Below, one piece after another: positions 42,098 to 52,299 of a stretch of 64,000 nucleotides of DNA. Numbering within the stretch: position 1 is the first letter of the stretch; every line of letters begins with the position of its first letter. The DNA is from Escherichia phage vB_VIPECOMC06. The position numbers were made by a program, and so were the translations under genes. The notes beneath the pieces were generated by a model, which saw nothing but the letters and a program-made list of their open reading frames with translations, did not search any database and was not told where the DNA came from. The stretch lies in sequence record PQ416618.1; one strand, 5' to 3'.

Positions 42098-42291
42098 TTA
42101 CTCGCAAACAAAAGAACGAAATATTATTTTTAGTTAGTGAAATTGTTAGTTTAGAAAAGGATTTGTCTTTTGAAATATCTTCTGAATACGGAGATGCCGA
42201 AACATATTACGAATTAGTAAAATCTATCGATAAAGCTGAAAATGATTTAGAAACATATTTAGAAAATTTAACTAAGGACTCTTATGGCTAG
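42094..42291 (+). CDS. Hypothetical small helical protein
   Basis: 65 aa. Confidence 0.4.
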   Translation: MITRKQKNEILFLVSEIVSLEKDLSFEISSEYGDAETYYELVKSIDKAENDLETYLENLTKDSYG

Positions 42292-42865
42292 TTTAATTTT
42301 TACATATGCCGCTATGAACGCTGGTAAATCTGCTTCATTACTTACTGCCGCACATAACTATAAAGAACGTGGCATGGGTGTATTAGTTCTTAAACCGGCT
42401 ATTGATACTCGCGATTCAAAAGGTGAAATAGTCTCTCGTATTGGTATTCGTCAGGACGCCAATATAATTACAAAAGACATGGATATCTTTGAATTCTATA
42501 AATGGGCTGCAGCACAAAAGGATATTCATTGTGTATTTGTTGACGAAGCTCAGTTTTTAACTACTGAAAAGGTGTATCAACTTAGTCGTATTGTTGACGT
42601 ATACAATGTGCCGGTAATGGCATATGGACTACGAACAGATTTTAAAGGTAATTTATTTGAAGGTTCTCAAGCATTAATGGCTATTGCCGATAAACTTGTT
42701 GAACTTAAAGGTGTCTGTCATTGCGGTAAAAAGGCCACAATGGTAGCTAGAGTCACGGAAGATGGACTTCCAATTACAGACGGCAGTCAAATTGAAATTG
42801 GTGATACTGATAGATATGTGTCATTATGCCGGAAGCATTGGAATGATTTGACAGGGTTGTTATAA
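42284..42865 (+). CDS. tk: Thymidine kinase
   Basis: 193 aa (same as T4 Tk); P-loop AMNAGKSASLL, VFVDEAQF, C-terminal CHCGKKA...C zinc motif. Confidence 0.93.
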   Translation: MASLIFTYAAMNAGKSASLLTAAHNYKERGMGVLVLKPAIDTRDSKGEIVSRIGIRQDANIITKDMDIFEFYKWAAAQKDIHCVFVDEAQFLTTEKVYQLSRIVDVYNVPVMAYGLRTDFKGNLFEGSQALMAIADKLVELKGVCHCGKKATMVARVTEDGLPITDGSQIEIGDTDRYVSLCRKHWNDLTGLL

Positions 42866-42892
42866 ATACTAATATCTAACCAAGAGGTATAT

Positions 42893-43105
42893 ATGCAGCA
42901 ATTAAACGAAAGACAACTTCGTAATCTTACTGTAACCCAATTGGATGAAATCCGAAGAGAATTAGGACATTCTATTTCTCATTTAAACGAGGATATCCGT
43001 CAAACTGGTTCTAAAGCTGATTATACACGCAAGCGCAAGCTGGAAAAATACCTCACAGATGTTAAGGCCGTCCAAAGGCGAAAAATAAATACTGGCCAAA
43101 ATTAA
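42893..43105 (+). CDS. Hypothetical basic helical protein
   Basis: 70 aa ORF with AGAGG SD. Confidence 0.4.
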   Translation: MQQLNERQLRNLTVTQLDEIRRELGHSISHLNEDIRQTGSKADYTRKRKLEKYLTDVKAVQRRKINTGQN

Positions 43106-43117
43106 CAGGAGGCCTAT

Positions 43118-43420
43118 ATGGCCTTAAGAGCGATAGCTGTCATGGCGATGCTGGGGTTTTTTGCAGCAACAACTCCTATCGTTGGTACTGCGTACACTGA
43201 CCCATATTTTGATAACTTTATGGAATCAGGGATTAAAAACGTATATACTTTGTTTGAAATTCAAAATGTCGAGAATTCTGAAAAATTCTATAAGTATATG
43301 GCAAAGCATTACAAAAATAGCCCCTGTGATGATGCATTTGAATGTCATGAACAAGGCATAAAAACTGCTAGACAATTTGCCGAGTTCATGAAAATAAAAT
43401 TAGAGCCTACATCTATCTAA
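43118..43420 (+). CDS. rI: Lysis inhibition regulator RI (periplasmic antiholin)
   Basis: 100 aa; MALRAIAVMAMLGFFAA...DPYFDNFMESGIKNVYTLFE...SPCDDAFEC...MKIKLE matches T4 RI. Confidence 0.85.
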   Translation: MALRAIAVMAMLGFFAATTPIVGTAYTDPYFDNFMESGIKNVYTLFEIQNVENSEKFYKYMAKHYKNSPCDDAFECHEQGIKTARQFAEFMKIKLEPTSI

Positions 43421-43426
43421 TTTACT

Positions 43427-43455
43427 AGCCCCTTCCTTACGGTTGGGGCTTTTTG
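43427..43455 (+). terminator. Rho-independent terminator (copy of the 28338 element)
   Basis: agcccc-ttccttacggtt-ggggct followed by TTTTT. Confidence 0.7.
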
Positions 43456-43465
43456 GCATTTAGCA

Positions 43466-43493
43466 GTTTACTTTTCCTCAGGTTGTGTTATAG
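43466..43493 (+). promoter_or_regulatory. Early promoter cassette
   Basis: gtttacttttcctcaggttgtgttatagtagacct then tacttactagaggagaacgttATG. Confidence 0.5.
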
Positions 43494-43521
43494 TAGACCT
43501 TACTTACTAGAGGAGAACGTT

Positions 43522-43701
43522 ATGTCACGTAAAGAAAAAATTTCTAAGTTAATGTTTTTGATTGAAGAGTACGCTAATGCGGTGTCTGATTGGGAAAATG
43601 CTCATGGTTGCGAAGATGGAGACATCGACATTAACAGAGCTATGAAAAAGATGGCAGATGCCCACACTGAATTACAAATGTATGTTAACGAGATTATGTG
43701 A
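43522..43701 (+). CDS. Hypothetical small protein
   Basis: 59 aa from MSRKEKISK with AGAGGAG SD. Confidence 0.4.
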   Translation: MSRKEKISKLMFLIEEYANAVSDWENAHGCEDGDIDINRAMKKMADAHTELQMYVNEIM

Positions 43702-43708
43702 GGATATT

Positions 43709-43876
43709 ATGCTTTACGATTATACCGGAAAATCTGAAGACGGTGTATTTGAACTTTTACCTGAAAGCGCTGAAGATGATGATATGGTGGTGATATATTG
43801 TGTTGGTTGTCAATCAATGCATGATGAAATTTTTAAACGTGAACCAAGAAACTGTTGGCACAGGAGCATGAGATGA
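43709..43876 (+). CDS. Hypothetical small Cys-rich protein (MLYD-family paralog)
   Basis: 55 aa MLYDYTGKSEDGVFELLPE...; paralog of the 43968 ORF. Confidence 0.4.
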   Translation: MLYDYTGKSEDGVFELLPESAEDDDMVVIYCVGCQSMHDEIFKREPRNCWHRSMR

Positions 43877-43967
43877 TTTATTATCTTGAACCTTGGGCTT
43901 GGTTAACAATGGCTGTAGGACCTGTTTTAATTGGTTTATTCTTTTCATGGTTAGCGAGGAAACTGTA

Positions 43968-44183
43968 ATGTTATATGACCCAAGCGGTTGTTCTGAAGAT
44001 GGTGTGATTGTTCTGGAGCCTGAGCATCCAGTTGGTGATGTATATCGCACCGTTGAAGTATGCGAATGTAATTTCGTTGAAGGTAATACTGGCGGAATTT
44101 CCATTGAGCAAGATGATGATGTTATTTACCTGGATGCAAGCCAAGTAGAAGCTCTTTATAACATTTTAAAACATAATCGGTAG
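43968..44183 (+). CDS. Hypothetical small protein (MLYD-family paralog)
   Basis: 71 aa MLYDPSGCSEDGVIVLEPE... Confidence 0.4.
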   Translation: MLYDPSGCSEDGVIVLEPEHPVGDVYRTVEVCECNFVEGNTGGISIEQDDDVIYLDASQVEALYNILKHNR

Positions 44184-44211
44184 TTTACGTCTTGGTAGGA
44201 CTATGATATAG
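44183..44211 (+). promoter_or_regulatory. Early promoter/stem-loop cassette
   Basis: gtttacgtcttggtaggactatgatatagtaatcctac (palindrome gtaggact/agtaatcctac). Confidence 0.5.
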
Positions 44212-44528
44212 TAATCCTACCAAAACAAATGGAGAACAAAATGAAACTTTTGCTTATCGCTTATGTTGTAGTACAATACAATTATCCGATGTTTACTTAT
44301 AACATGGTAAACGGCATAGTGAATCTTATTGAAACGAGTATGGTAAAATGACCCGTGAACAAGCTAATAAATTGATGGACCTTATCCATGACTTACGTGA
44401 AGCCGATTCAGATTTGAATGATGTAGCTTATCACGCGGTAAATGATAACGGAGACTTTTATGAAAATCAGGTTGATGCTTGCCAGAATGCTTTGGTGAAT
44501 TTTGTTGAAACTTTAATTGGTGAATAAT

Positions 44529-45059
44529 ATGAAAACTGTAATTGAAACGACCGAACTGTTCGGTGATTTGACTATCGAAAAACGTGGTAATGTATACGTT
44601 CTGACTCAGGAAGATGATGGTATTACTATTTGTCCTATGGAACTAGACGAGATTTTGAAACTCAATCCGCCTGGTCATGCATCGGCAATTAATATTGGTG
44701 GAGACCTTCAGGCTCGTTTTTATCATGGGCTTTATAACGGTGCTAATATCGAAACTGAAGACAAATGCCTTTCTATCGATAACTGGAAAACATTCGTTGC
44801 TAAGGTGAAAGAATTCTTGGAATCCGAACCACCTGAAAAGGCTAAACTTAAATGGGGTATCAGTCGTGGTGCTTACATTATTAATCCAATAGCTCCAAAC
44901 TATACCACGACTTTGGCTGTCATGAATTCTTATGAAGATGGTGATGTAGTAACTATTCGCCAAAATGATGATTTACGTTCACATGTTACTACATTTACCA
45001 AAGACGAAGCTGTAGCTCTTAAAGCTTATCTCGATTCCATTATCCCAACTTTGAAATAA
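44529..45059 (+). CDS. Hypothetical protein
   Basis: 176 aa from MKTVIETTELFG. Confidence 0.45.
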   Translation: MKTVIETTELFGDLTIEKRGNVYVLTQEDDGITICPMELDEILKLNPPGHASAINIGGDLQARFYHGLYNGANIETEDKCLSIDNWKTFVAKVKEFLESEPPEKAKLKWGISRGAYIINPIAPNYTTTLAVMNSYEDGDVVTIRQNDDLRSHVTTFTKDEAVALKAYLDSIIPTLK

Positions 45060-45068
45060 GGAATTATT

Positions 45069-45542
45069 ATGATTATCAATGAAAACTCTTGGCACTTTAA
45101 AATTTATGCCGCGTTCAATAGTACATGGAATCGTCCGAAAACGTTGTGTGTTTATTTTTGGAAAACGTTAATCCCGGTATTGGCTGTTTCAATTATTGGA
45201 TTTGCTATTTTAGCCGCAGTCACAATTATTGGCCAGGAATTTTTAACTAGATTCTTTGTTTTTAGTAGTCTATGGACATTAGTTCCGGCCTCAATTGGCG
45301 TAGGCATTTTAATGGTAGCAGTCATGGCTTTTATTGCTGCCGGGGCGGTAATTGGTCCGTCTTGGTTGTTAGACAAATATAACGACAGAAAATATTATAA
45401 AGAAATTGAGCTCATTGCGCAAAACCAAGAACGAATTAAAAATGGACTTGAACCTATTGAACGTAAGAAATCATTAATAGGTGAATACCTTAAAGCTCGT
45501 AAAGAAAAAGTCTGTCCTACTCTTGAATATAAGGCTAAATGA
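45069..45542 (+). CDS. Integral membrane hypothetical protein
   Basis: 157 aa; three hydrophobic segments; AAGGAA SD. Confidence 0.5.
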   Translation: MIINENSWHFKIYAAFNSTWNRPKTLCVYFWKTLIPVLAVSIIGFAILAAVTIIGQEFLTRFFVFSSLWTLVPASIGVGILMVAVMAFIAAGAVIGPSWLLDKYNDRKYYKEIELIAQNQERIKNGLEPIERKKSLIGEYLKARKEKVCPTLEYKAK

Positions 45543-46528
45543 TGAAAACAATTATGAAAGGCTACTTTGGTAGCCACCTTTATGGAACGTCTACTCCTGA
45601 ATCTGACGTCGATTTTAAAGAAATTTATGTCCCTCACGCTCGTGATATCTTGACCGGTAACGTTAAAGAACACATGAGCAAGAACACGAATAACACATCT
45701 TCTAAGAACACAAAAGACGACGTGGACCATGAGTTGTATAGTCTCAAATATTTCTTTAAACTAGCTGCAGACGGTGAAACCGTCGCATTAGATATGCTTC
45801 ACACTCCACAAAGTCTAGTAGTTAAATCTGATTTGCCTGATGTATGGAAGTATATTCAAGATAACAGGTCTCGTTTCTATACTACTAACATGAAATCTTA
45901 TTTAGGGTATGTCCGTAAGCAAGCTTCTAAATATGGTGTCAAGGGTTCTCGACTGGCTGTTCTTCGTCAAGCCCTTAAACGTTCTAATGAATGGGGACAA
46001 TACTTTGATAATGGTGCAGTAATTCGTTTATCACATATGAAGAATGTTCTGCCTATAGGTGAATTTGCTTCATGGGTTGAAACAGAAAACGAGAAAACAG
46101 GTAAGCAAACATTCTATAATCTGTTAGACCGTAAATTCCAAGACACATTAACCAATAAAGAGTTCAATGCCATCCTGGTTAAACTGGAAGAGAACTATGG
46201 TGAACGTGCTCGTAAGGCAGAAGCTAACGAAGGTATTGACTGGAAAGCATTGAGTCATGCATGTCGTGGTGGACTTCAATTATTGGAAATTTACAAAACC
46301 GGCGACCTGGTTTACCCACTTCAGGATGCTCCATTTATTCTCGATGTTAAGCTTGGTAAACATACTTTTAAAACTGTACAAGAATTCCTAGAAGATATCG
46401 TTGACCAAGTTGAACATGCGTCAGAACAAGCTGCCAAGAACGGTATGCAACAAAAAGTAGATATGAGTTTCTGGGATGACTTCCTTGAACAGGTCTATCT
46501 CGAAAATCATAATTCTTACTATAAATAA
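45539..46528 (+). CDS. Polymerase-beta-superfamily nucleotidyltransferase
   Basis: 329 aa; N-terminal KGYFGSHLYGTSTPESDVDF fits the hG[GS]x(9-13)Dh[DE]h NTase signature (GS...SDVD); downstream acidic residue in DMLH. Confidence 0.6.
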   Translation: MMKTIMKGYFGSHLYGTSTPESDVDFKEIYVPHARDILTGNVKEHMSKNTNNTSSKNTKDDVDHELYSLKYFFKLAADGETVALDMLHTPQSLVVKSDLPDVWKYIQDNRSRFYTTNMKSYLGYVRKQASKYGVKGSRLAVLRQALKRSNEWGQYFDNGAVIRLSHMKNVLPIGEFASWVETENEKTGKQTFYNLLDRKFQDTLTNKEFNAILVKLEENYGERARKAEANEGIDWKALSHACRGGLQLLEIYKTGDLVYPLQDAPFILDVKLGKHTFKTVQEFLEDIVDQVEHASEQAAKNGMQQKVDMSFWDDFLEQVYLENHNSYYK

Positions 46529-46559
46529 GTAGATAAATAACCATTAACTTGAGGTAAAT

Positions 46560-46823
46560 ATGAAAAAATTGGTAATTGGTTTATTCGCAGTAATGATGGC
46601 ATTCTCTGTTGGTGCTACCACGGGTGCAGCCGGCGGTAACCAGACTTCTGGGCCTTCTAATGGTTCGGTAAATGCATCACATTCTCAGGGTATTGAGAAC
46701 ATTAAATCAAGCTATATTAATAGCACGGCCGGACAAGCAACTGAAGCATGGTCAAAGGGACGAGTAGTTACTCGCTCCGTATTCTGTGATATGCCTAATT
46801 ATGTTGCTAAGTGCGATAAGTAA
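46560..46823 (+). CDS. Secreted small protein
   Basis: 87 aa; signal peptide MKKLVIGLFAVMMAFSVGA; Gly/Ser/Asn-rich; followed by a terminator hairpin. Confidence 0.5.
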   Translation: MKKLVIGLFAVMMAFSVGATTGAAGGNQTSGPSNGSVNASHSQGIENIKSSYINSTAGQATEAWSKGRVVTRSVFCDMPNYVAKCDK

Positions 46824-46827
46824 ATGT

Positions 46828-46848
46828 GGGGACCTTCGGGTCCCTTTA
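46828..46848 (+). terminator. Rho-independent terminator
   Basis: gggacc-ttcg-ggtccc hairpin followed by TTT. Confidence 0.6.
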
Positions 46849-46875
46849 GGGGGTTAAAATATTTTTAAAAAAGTA

Positions 46876-46905
46876 GTGTACATGCTTTTAGGATATGTTA
46901 TTATA
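46876..46905 (+). promoter_or_regulatory. Early promoter cassette (GTGTAC variant)
   Basis: gtgtacatgcttttaggatatgttattatagacctatc then ggagaataaaATG. Confidence 0.45.
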
Positions 46906-46942
46906 GACCTATCGAAACGAAATGAGTAAATTGGAGAATAAA

Positions 46943-47923
46943 ATGTTCAACGTTCAAATCAAAAAAGGTATCTATCGTAATAACGAAATCTCTGGTTCTT
47001 ATGTTGCCACAAAGACATGGTTCCCGGCAAAGCTTAATCCTGAATGTTCCCACTTAGGTGATGGTAAAATTTTCGTTATGATTGATGGTTCTGAACGTGG
47101 AGTATGGGTCTTCAAATCAGACATCGTAATGGAAGGAGTTGAGACATCACCAGTTGCAGTTGTTGAAAGCACTGAAGATATGAAAACTCGTATCAACAAA
47201 CGCTTTAAAGTAATGAACATGATGACGAATGGCATTATCGATGGCAAAATTCGTTCACTCATTATTTCAGGTGCAGCTGGTATTGGTAAGACGTATTCTC
47301 TGGATAAAGCACTTAATAACGCTAATGATAATGGTTTCATCAAATACAAAAGCATTAATGGTAAAATCTCTGGTATTGGCCTTTACGAACAACTTTGGCT
47401 CAACCGTGATGCAGACAGCGTTCTCTTAATCGACGACGTTGACGTATTCTCAGATATGGACATCTTGAACCTTCTTAAAGCAGCATTAGATACTGGAGAT
47501 AAACGCAAAGTTTGCTGGAGCACTGCGTCATCTTATCTCGATGATAAGGGTATTGATAAAGAATTTGAGTTTGAAGGTACTATCGTTTTCATTACAAACG
47601 TTGATATCGATAAAGAGTTAGAACGCGGTTCGAAACTTGCTCCACACCTTCAAGCTTTAGTATCTCGTTCAGTGTATCTCGACCTTGGAGTACACTCTAA
47701 TGAAGAGATTATGGTTCGAGTTGAAGATGTAATATTATCTACTGACATGATGCAGAAACGTGGTCTGACAGATGCAGAAACGTATAAAGCATTGTCCTGG
47801 ATGAAGGCTAACGTATCTCGTCTTCGCAATGTATCATTACGTACGGCTCTTTACGTAGCAGATTTTATTTCAACTGATAAAGATGGTTGGGAGGAAATCT
47901 CTGAAGTTACTTTACTGAAATAA
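46943..47923 (+). CDS. P-loop (AAA-like) ATPase
   Basis: 326 aa from MFNVQIKKG; Walker A ISGAAGIGKTYS; Walker B VLLIDDVD. Confidence 0.6.
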   Translation: MFNVQIKKGIYRNNEISGSYVATKTWFPAKLNPECSHLGDGKIFVMIDGSERGVWVFKSDIVMEGVETSPVAVVESTEDMKTRINKRFKVMNMMTNGIIDGKIRSLIISGAAGIGKTYSLDKALNNANDNGFIKYKSINGKISGIGLYEQLWLNRDADSVLLIDDVDVFSDMDILNLLKAALDTGDKRKVCWSTASSYLDDKGIDKEFEFEGTIVFITNVDIDKELERGSKLAPHLQALVSRSVYLDLGVHSNEEIMVRVEDVILSTDMMQKRGLTDAETYKALSWMKANVSRLRNVSLRTALYVADFISTDKDGWEEISEVTLLK

Positions 47924-48061
47924 GCTTATAGGAAGTTCTGAGGTAACAAAAGCCATAAAGATGAATAATCATATGGCTTACCTCAAAGAAGGACACCAGG
48001 AACCTACTGAGGGCATAGAAATATTTAAAAATAATGTTGTACAAATCAAAGAGGCTATGTT

Positions 48062-48349
48062 ATGGATTTTATGCAAAAAATTAAAGCCGCAGTAGAACTG
48101 TATGCTCATCGTATGGTTAGTTCTACAATGCAATATAGCGAGGAGGTTCGCCAGGACTCTTCCTTGAAAGGAAAAACTAAAGCCTTAATTACCTTAGATC
48201 GTTTGCAAAAGAATGCCCTAGAGTTGTTCCAGTACGACAAGGATGCATATAAGAAAGAACAGGAAGAGAAACTTAAATCTGAAAAATTACAGAAAATTCC
48301 GAAATCAGTTTGGTTCAGTGGAAAAAATACCGAAAAAAGTTTCTTTTAG
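48062..48349 (+). CDS. Hypothetical helical protein
   Basis: 95 aa ORF. Confidence 0.4.
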   Translation: MDFMQKIKAAVELYAHRMVSSTMQYSEEVRQDSSLKGKTKALITLDRLQKNALELFQYDKDAYKKEQEEKLKSEKLQKIPKSVWFSGKNTEKSFF

Positions 48350-48351
48350 TT

Positions 48352-48380
48352 GTTTACAAGGTCTATGGTTATGTTATTAT
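48352..48380 (+). promoter_or_regulatory. Early promoter/stem-loop cassette
   Basis: gtttacaaggtctatggttatgttattatagacctatc then caactactggaggtaaaacATG. Confidence 0.5.
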
Positions 48381-48407
48381 AGACCTATCAACTACTGGAG
48401 GTAAAAC

Positions 48408-48935
48408 ATGAACGCTAAAGATATTTTCAACCTGGTAAATTATAACGACGGTAAATTTAAATCTGAAGCACAAAGCAAGTTCTTTAATGACGTTGCTTAT
48501 GGTAACGAGATTACCGTGGACGGAGGTCAGATTTTCAAATCTCGCTGGAATTGGATTGTTATCATCGATTCAGTTGGAATTGTGGAAGTCTACAAAAACA
48601 CTAACAAAAAACGTACATTATTCTGGTCTCGTGAAACTAACGAGCAGTACAAAAAGGATAAAGCATCTCGTTTATCTAAAGTAACCCAGGAAGATATCGA
48701 GTTTATCAAGAAAGATATCGAGATGTACGAAAATTTAATCGCTGAAGACCAGGCAGTACTCGATAAGTTTGATGAAATTAAAGCTTCTCGTGAAATCCCT
48801 GACTTCATGAAAGAAACAGTAAACGAACGATACGCTCTCACTTCAGAACGTATTGCAAACTATACAAAACAGAAAGCAGAACGTATTAGTACTCTTCGGA
48901 AATTTGAAGAACGTTTAAAGACGGTTCACGCATAA
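48408..48935 (+). CDS. Hypothetical protein
   Basis: 175 aa ORF. Confidence 0.45.
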   Translation: MNAKDIFNLVNYNDGKFKSEAQSKFFNDVAYGNEITVDGGQIFKSRWNWIVIIDSVGIVEVYKNTNKKRTLFWSRETNEQYKKDKASRLSKVTQEDIEFIKKDIEMYENLIAEDQAVLDKFDEIKASREIPDFMKETVNERYALTSERIANYTKQKAERISTLRKFEERLKTVHA

Positions 48936-48937
48936 AC

Positions 48938-48962
48938 GCTTTACCCAAGGACGGGTTATAAT
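48938..48962 (+). promoter_or_regulatory. Early promoter (cTTTAC -35, TATAAT -10)
   Basis: ctttacccaaggacgggtTATAAT upstream of the 48998 ORF. Confidence 0.45.
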
Positions 48963-48997
48963 GGTTCTGAGTTCCAATTAAATCTGAGGAAATAGTT

Positions 48998-49993
48998 ATG
49001 AGCATTACATCTGATGCGGTAAAACATGAAATTAACGGTTTATGTGCTTCACAGATTAAAGTGTGGTTTAAAGACCATAATGATCGCAGAGCACTTAATT
49101 ATGAGCAAATTGCTATCCAAGTTCATCAATTACTGACTAGTAAATTTGATTTTCATATGCCGTCTGAAATCTATACTAATCTACCGCGAGCGCTTATTAA
49201 AGCGTGTAAAGGTTATGGAAAATCAATGGCTGATGGAATCTTCAGCGCGCTGAATAAACTTAACGTTCTGTCGATGATTAACTCTAACAACATCCTGCGT
49301 AATCTAGGACGTACTGATTTGTTCGGTCGTGAACAGTGTAAAATGCCTTTGAAATGGATTGTTGCTCATCTTAACGAGAACCAAACACGTTTTATGGCTG
49401 TATCAGCACGCTTACAAATGGGCCTAGATCGTCAGATGAACTTTAAAACTCATCCACGTTATTCAGGTTCAACAGACTTTTATAAATGTGAGCTTCAAAA
49501 GGTTGCAGGTAAAACTGTCTTAGTAGTTCGTGTAACGTTTGAAGGACGACGTCAAGGATATTTTGACCTAATCGGCTCTGGTCTTAAACATTGTGGATTT
49601 ATTGACGAAGTTGATATCAAGCGAGACAGCATTGGATACCGTATTGGATATGTTTGTACTCTTAAAGAAGAGATTTCAGGACCAGTACCAGGACTAAAAG
49701 ACGTTAGATATAAAGACGAGCTCGTTGAAGAAATAAAAGAAGTTGAATATGATATCAACCAAGAAGATGCTCTTAAAGACCTTATTGATGAACTAAACCA
49801 AGACGTTATTCCGGTTCAGAAATTTGAATCAAAACATGCTGAGCAAATCAAATACTTTGAAGCTTTGATTAACGAACTTAATGTAACTATTCAACAGACT
49901 GACGATGAAATCTCGCGATTAGCAGGCTTAAACGGTAAAAATAAAACGGAACGAGCTAATCTTATTCAGGTAGTAAAACTTCTTAAGGAATGA
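48998..49993 (+). CDS. Hypothetical 331-aa protein with C-terminal coiled coil
   Basis: Acidic helical C-terminal third; own promoter cassette. Confidence 0.5.
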   Translation: MSITSDAVKHEINGLCASQIKVWFKDHNDRRALNYEQIAIQVHQLLTSKFDFHMPSEIYTNLPRALIKACKGYGKSMADGIFSALNKLNVLSMINSNNILRNLGRTDLFGREQCKMPLKWIVAHLNENQTRFMAVSARLQMGLDRQMNFKTHPRYSGSTDFYKCELQKVAGKTVLVVRVTFEGRRQGYFDLIGSGLKHCGFIDEVDIKRDSIGYRIGYVCTLKEEISGPVPGLKDVRYKDELVEEIKEVEYDINQEDALKDLIDELNQDVIPVQKFESKHAEQIKYFEALINELNVTIQQTDDEISRLAGLNGKNKTERANLIQVVKLLKE

Positions 49994-50022
49994 TGTACAA
50001 CCAAGGATGGTTGGAGTATAAT
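49993..50022 (+). promoter_or_regulatory. Early promoter/stem-loop cassette (ccaaggatggttgg palindrome, TATAAT -10)
   Basis: atgtacaaccaaggatggttggagTATAAT; near-identical copy at 50986-51015. Confidence 0.5.
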
Positions 50023-50048
50023 AAATTTTTCAACATGAGGAATATAAA

Positions 50049-50981
50049 ATGGCTTTTATTACACGTAGAGAACTTATCAAAGAATTTACCTCGAACGCAT
50101 ATACTCCAGGACCTAATCCTATCCGTATGCCTGTAAAGACTCCTGAAGAGATTGAGGAAATCTGTTCATATTATGGGATTAATTCTCGTAAGTTTACTCA
50201 ATTTGAATGCGTTACTAACACACCCGTTAAAGAGTTCATTAAAAATGGTGAGTTCAGCCGTTTATTAGCCAAACAGAAACTTCGTAATTTTTGTATCGGC
50301 GGTGAAGGACAATATTTCGCTAAGCAGTTCAGGAATAACCTTAACAATCTGATGGCCATTGCTTCTCGTATTCGTCCTCAAGCAATTAACATGAAACATT
50401 TGAAATATACTTACGATAAGTTAGAAATCATGGTTATCAGTGAGAACGAGTTCACTCTTAAGTATAAACCTAAGAATGATAACGTTGCTCGTGTATTCCA
50501 CCAAGCGTTGGAAGTTTTAGGTGATAATATCCACCAGATTAAAGCAATTTATTCTCGTGAGCTTAATATTATCGACCCTATCAAGAATAAGGGCCATATC
50601 GCTATCCAGGCTCGTGTATCTATTGGTAAAAAGGTTCCTGCGCCATGGTGGCACAAAGACTCTGAATATTATAAAAATCTTAAAAAGGAAAATGCAACGT
50701 TTGAAGCGTCAATTATTGTCGCCCCGACTATCGGTAAGATTAACGCAGCTTCAGCACAACCTGTTATGTTTAACGGCACGTCTTCGACTAAACTGGAAAT
50801 CTCTAATGGTCTTCTTCCTGCCGAAGATTACTATTATAATCAAATCAAAGCCACTGTGGACCAACTGTCTGTTGAACTTGACAAAGCACAAGCTAAGCTT
50901 CGTGATGCTCAACAAGTAGTTACCAAGCTCCAGTTGCAGTACTCTAAACTTTTTAACGCAATGAATGCATTAAAATCATAA
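50049..50981 (+). CDS. Hypothetical 310-aa protein with C-terminal coiled coil
   Basis: C-terminus LDKAQAKLRDAQQVVTKLQLQYSKLFNAMNALKS; own promoter cassette. Confidence 0.5.
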   Translation: MAFITRRELIKEFTSNAYTPGPNPIRMPVKTPEEIEEICSYYGINSRKFTQFECVTNTPVKEFIKNGEFSRLLAKQKLRNFCIGGEGQYFAKQFRNNLNNLMAIASRIRPQAINMKHLKYTYDKLEIMVISENEFTLKYKPKNDNVARVFHQALEVLGDNIHQIKAIYSRELNIIDPIKNKGHIAIQARVSIGKKVPAPWWHKDSEYYKNLKKENATFEASIIVAPTIGKINAASAQPVMFNGTSSTKLEISNGLLPAEDYYYNQIKATVDQLSVELDKAQAKLRDAQQVVTKLQLQYSKLFNAMNALKS

Positions 50982-50985
50982 ATCA

Positions 50986-51015
50986 GTTTACAACCAAGGA
51001 TGGTTGGAGTATAAT
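50986..51015 (+). promoter_or_regulatory. Early promoter/stem-loop cassette (copy of the 49993 element)
   Basis: gtttacaaccaaggatggttggagTATAAT. Confidence 0.55.
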
Positions 51016-51043
51016 CTTTCTATCTTAACGAGAGGAAAATATT

Positions 51044-51994
51044 ATGACACGTTCACATTACATTGATTATTTTGCAGGTCTTATCGCTAACGTTCATGCC
51101 CAACGTGCTTCTGGTTCATTAGGATTTGATGTTCCACACCGAGTTGTAGTAAGTGGTATTCTTCGCGATTTTGGTACATACACAGGCCAAGAAAATCATA
51201 TCTGTAAAGATACTCAGAATGCGTATTCTCATTCATTAGGGACACTGCTTCAATGGTTCAAACGTTCTCGTTTATTATCTTCTACTGTAGCTCGCGATAA
51301 CATTAAAAACTTTATGAAGCCGAGCTTTATTAAATCTGTGACATCTAAAACCGATTTGGTTGAATTTACTATTATTAACGATGTTAAAAAGACTCATTTA
51401 GCTGATTGGTTATCTACCATTCCTGAAACTAAATTTGCTGATAAATTTGCTTGTGAATTCAATAACCAAGTGAATATGCTTTTTAAACATTCTCGTAAAT
51501 TATTCACAGGTGGCGATGATCGTACAAATAAAGTTCATGTTAAAGATTGGGTTACTGCAGTATTCAAACCGACCGGTAATGGTAACGCATCATTGTCAAT
51601 TGATATCCAGGTTCCGTATTACTACTCACGTAATCTCGGCACCATGAAAGCTGAAGAAATTAAGAAGCACAACAAAACCATTCGTTCGCTGTCTTATAAA
51701 CTTCGCATGATGTTAAGAATCATGGACGTGGTAGAAATGTATGATGAAACCGAAGATAACGGTTCAATGTTATTCAGTTCTCGTATTCAAATTAAGCTGA
51801 AGAACCCTAACGAGTATAAGCCTAAGCCTATTAAAGAGACTAAAGCAGAAAAAGCTGATAATTTAAGAGAAGAACGCGAATATCTCAAATCTCGTCTGAA
51901 AGAAGTCGAAGCCCAGATTGCAGAACAAACTAAATCATTAAAAGCTCTGAATGCAAAAGCTGATGGTTTACGAAATGCTATTGAGGTTTTATAA
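51044..51994 (+). CDS. Hypothetical 316-aa protein with C-terminal coiled coil
   Basis: C-terminus EEREYLKSRLKEVEAQIAEQTKSLKALNAKADGLRNAIEVL; own promoter cassette. Confidence 0.5.
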   Translation: MTRSHYIDYFAGLIANVHAQRASGSLGFDVPHRVVVSGILRDFGTYTGQENHICKDTQNAYSHSLGTLLQWFKRSRLLSSTVARDNIKNFMKPSFIKSVTSKTDLVEFTIINDVKKTHLADWLSTIPETKFADKFACEFNNQVNMLFKHSRKLFTGGDDRTNKVHVKDWVTAVFKPTGNGNASLSIDIQVPYYYSRNLGTMKAEEIKKHNKTIRSLSYKLRMMLRIMDVVEMYDETEDNGSMLFSSRIQIKLKNPNEYKPKPIKETKAEKADNLREEREYLKSRLKEVEAQIAEQTKSLKALNAKADGLRNAIEVL

Positions 51995-52299
51995 TGAAAC
52001 TACGTCTTTTAGAGGATATTGATATGAGCACTAATCACGGCTTGGTTAAGTTTATTGACGATAGTTCAAAGATTGAATTTGTTCAGCGAGATAAAATCCA
52101 CGGTGAAGAAGAGTTCGTTCCTCCGGCATGGAACGAAATCATGAAAATGGTTGAACGACGTGAAAATGCTGCCAAATCGGCAGCAAAACATCCGTGCCCG
52201 GAATGTGGAACTATCCAAGTCCAACTGGTTAACTGGACCACTGATAACTTGAAATTGAAATGCCGTAAATGCTTCCACAAATTTGAGAGAACATTATAA
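51994..52299 (+). CDS. Zinc-ribbon small protein
   Basis: 101 aa; CPECG...CRKC four-Cys motif near the C-terminus. Confidence 0.45.
   Translation: MKLRLLEDIDMSTNHGLVKFIDDSSKIEFVQRDKIHGEEEFVPPAWNEIMKMVERRENAAKSAAKHPCPECGTIQVQLVNWTTDNLKLKCRKCFHKFERTL

Noticed and set aside
42893-43105. Weak resemblance of the 70-aa basic protein to ribosomal protein L29
   Set aside because: Similarity is compositional (basic helical hairpin) and short; not sufficient to call without a profile search.
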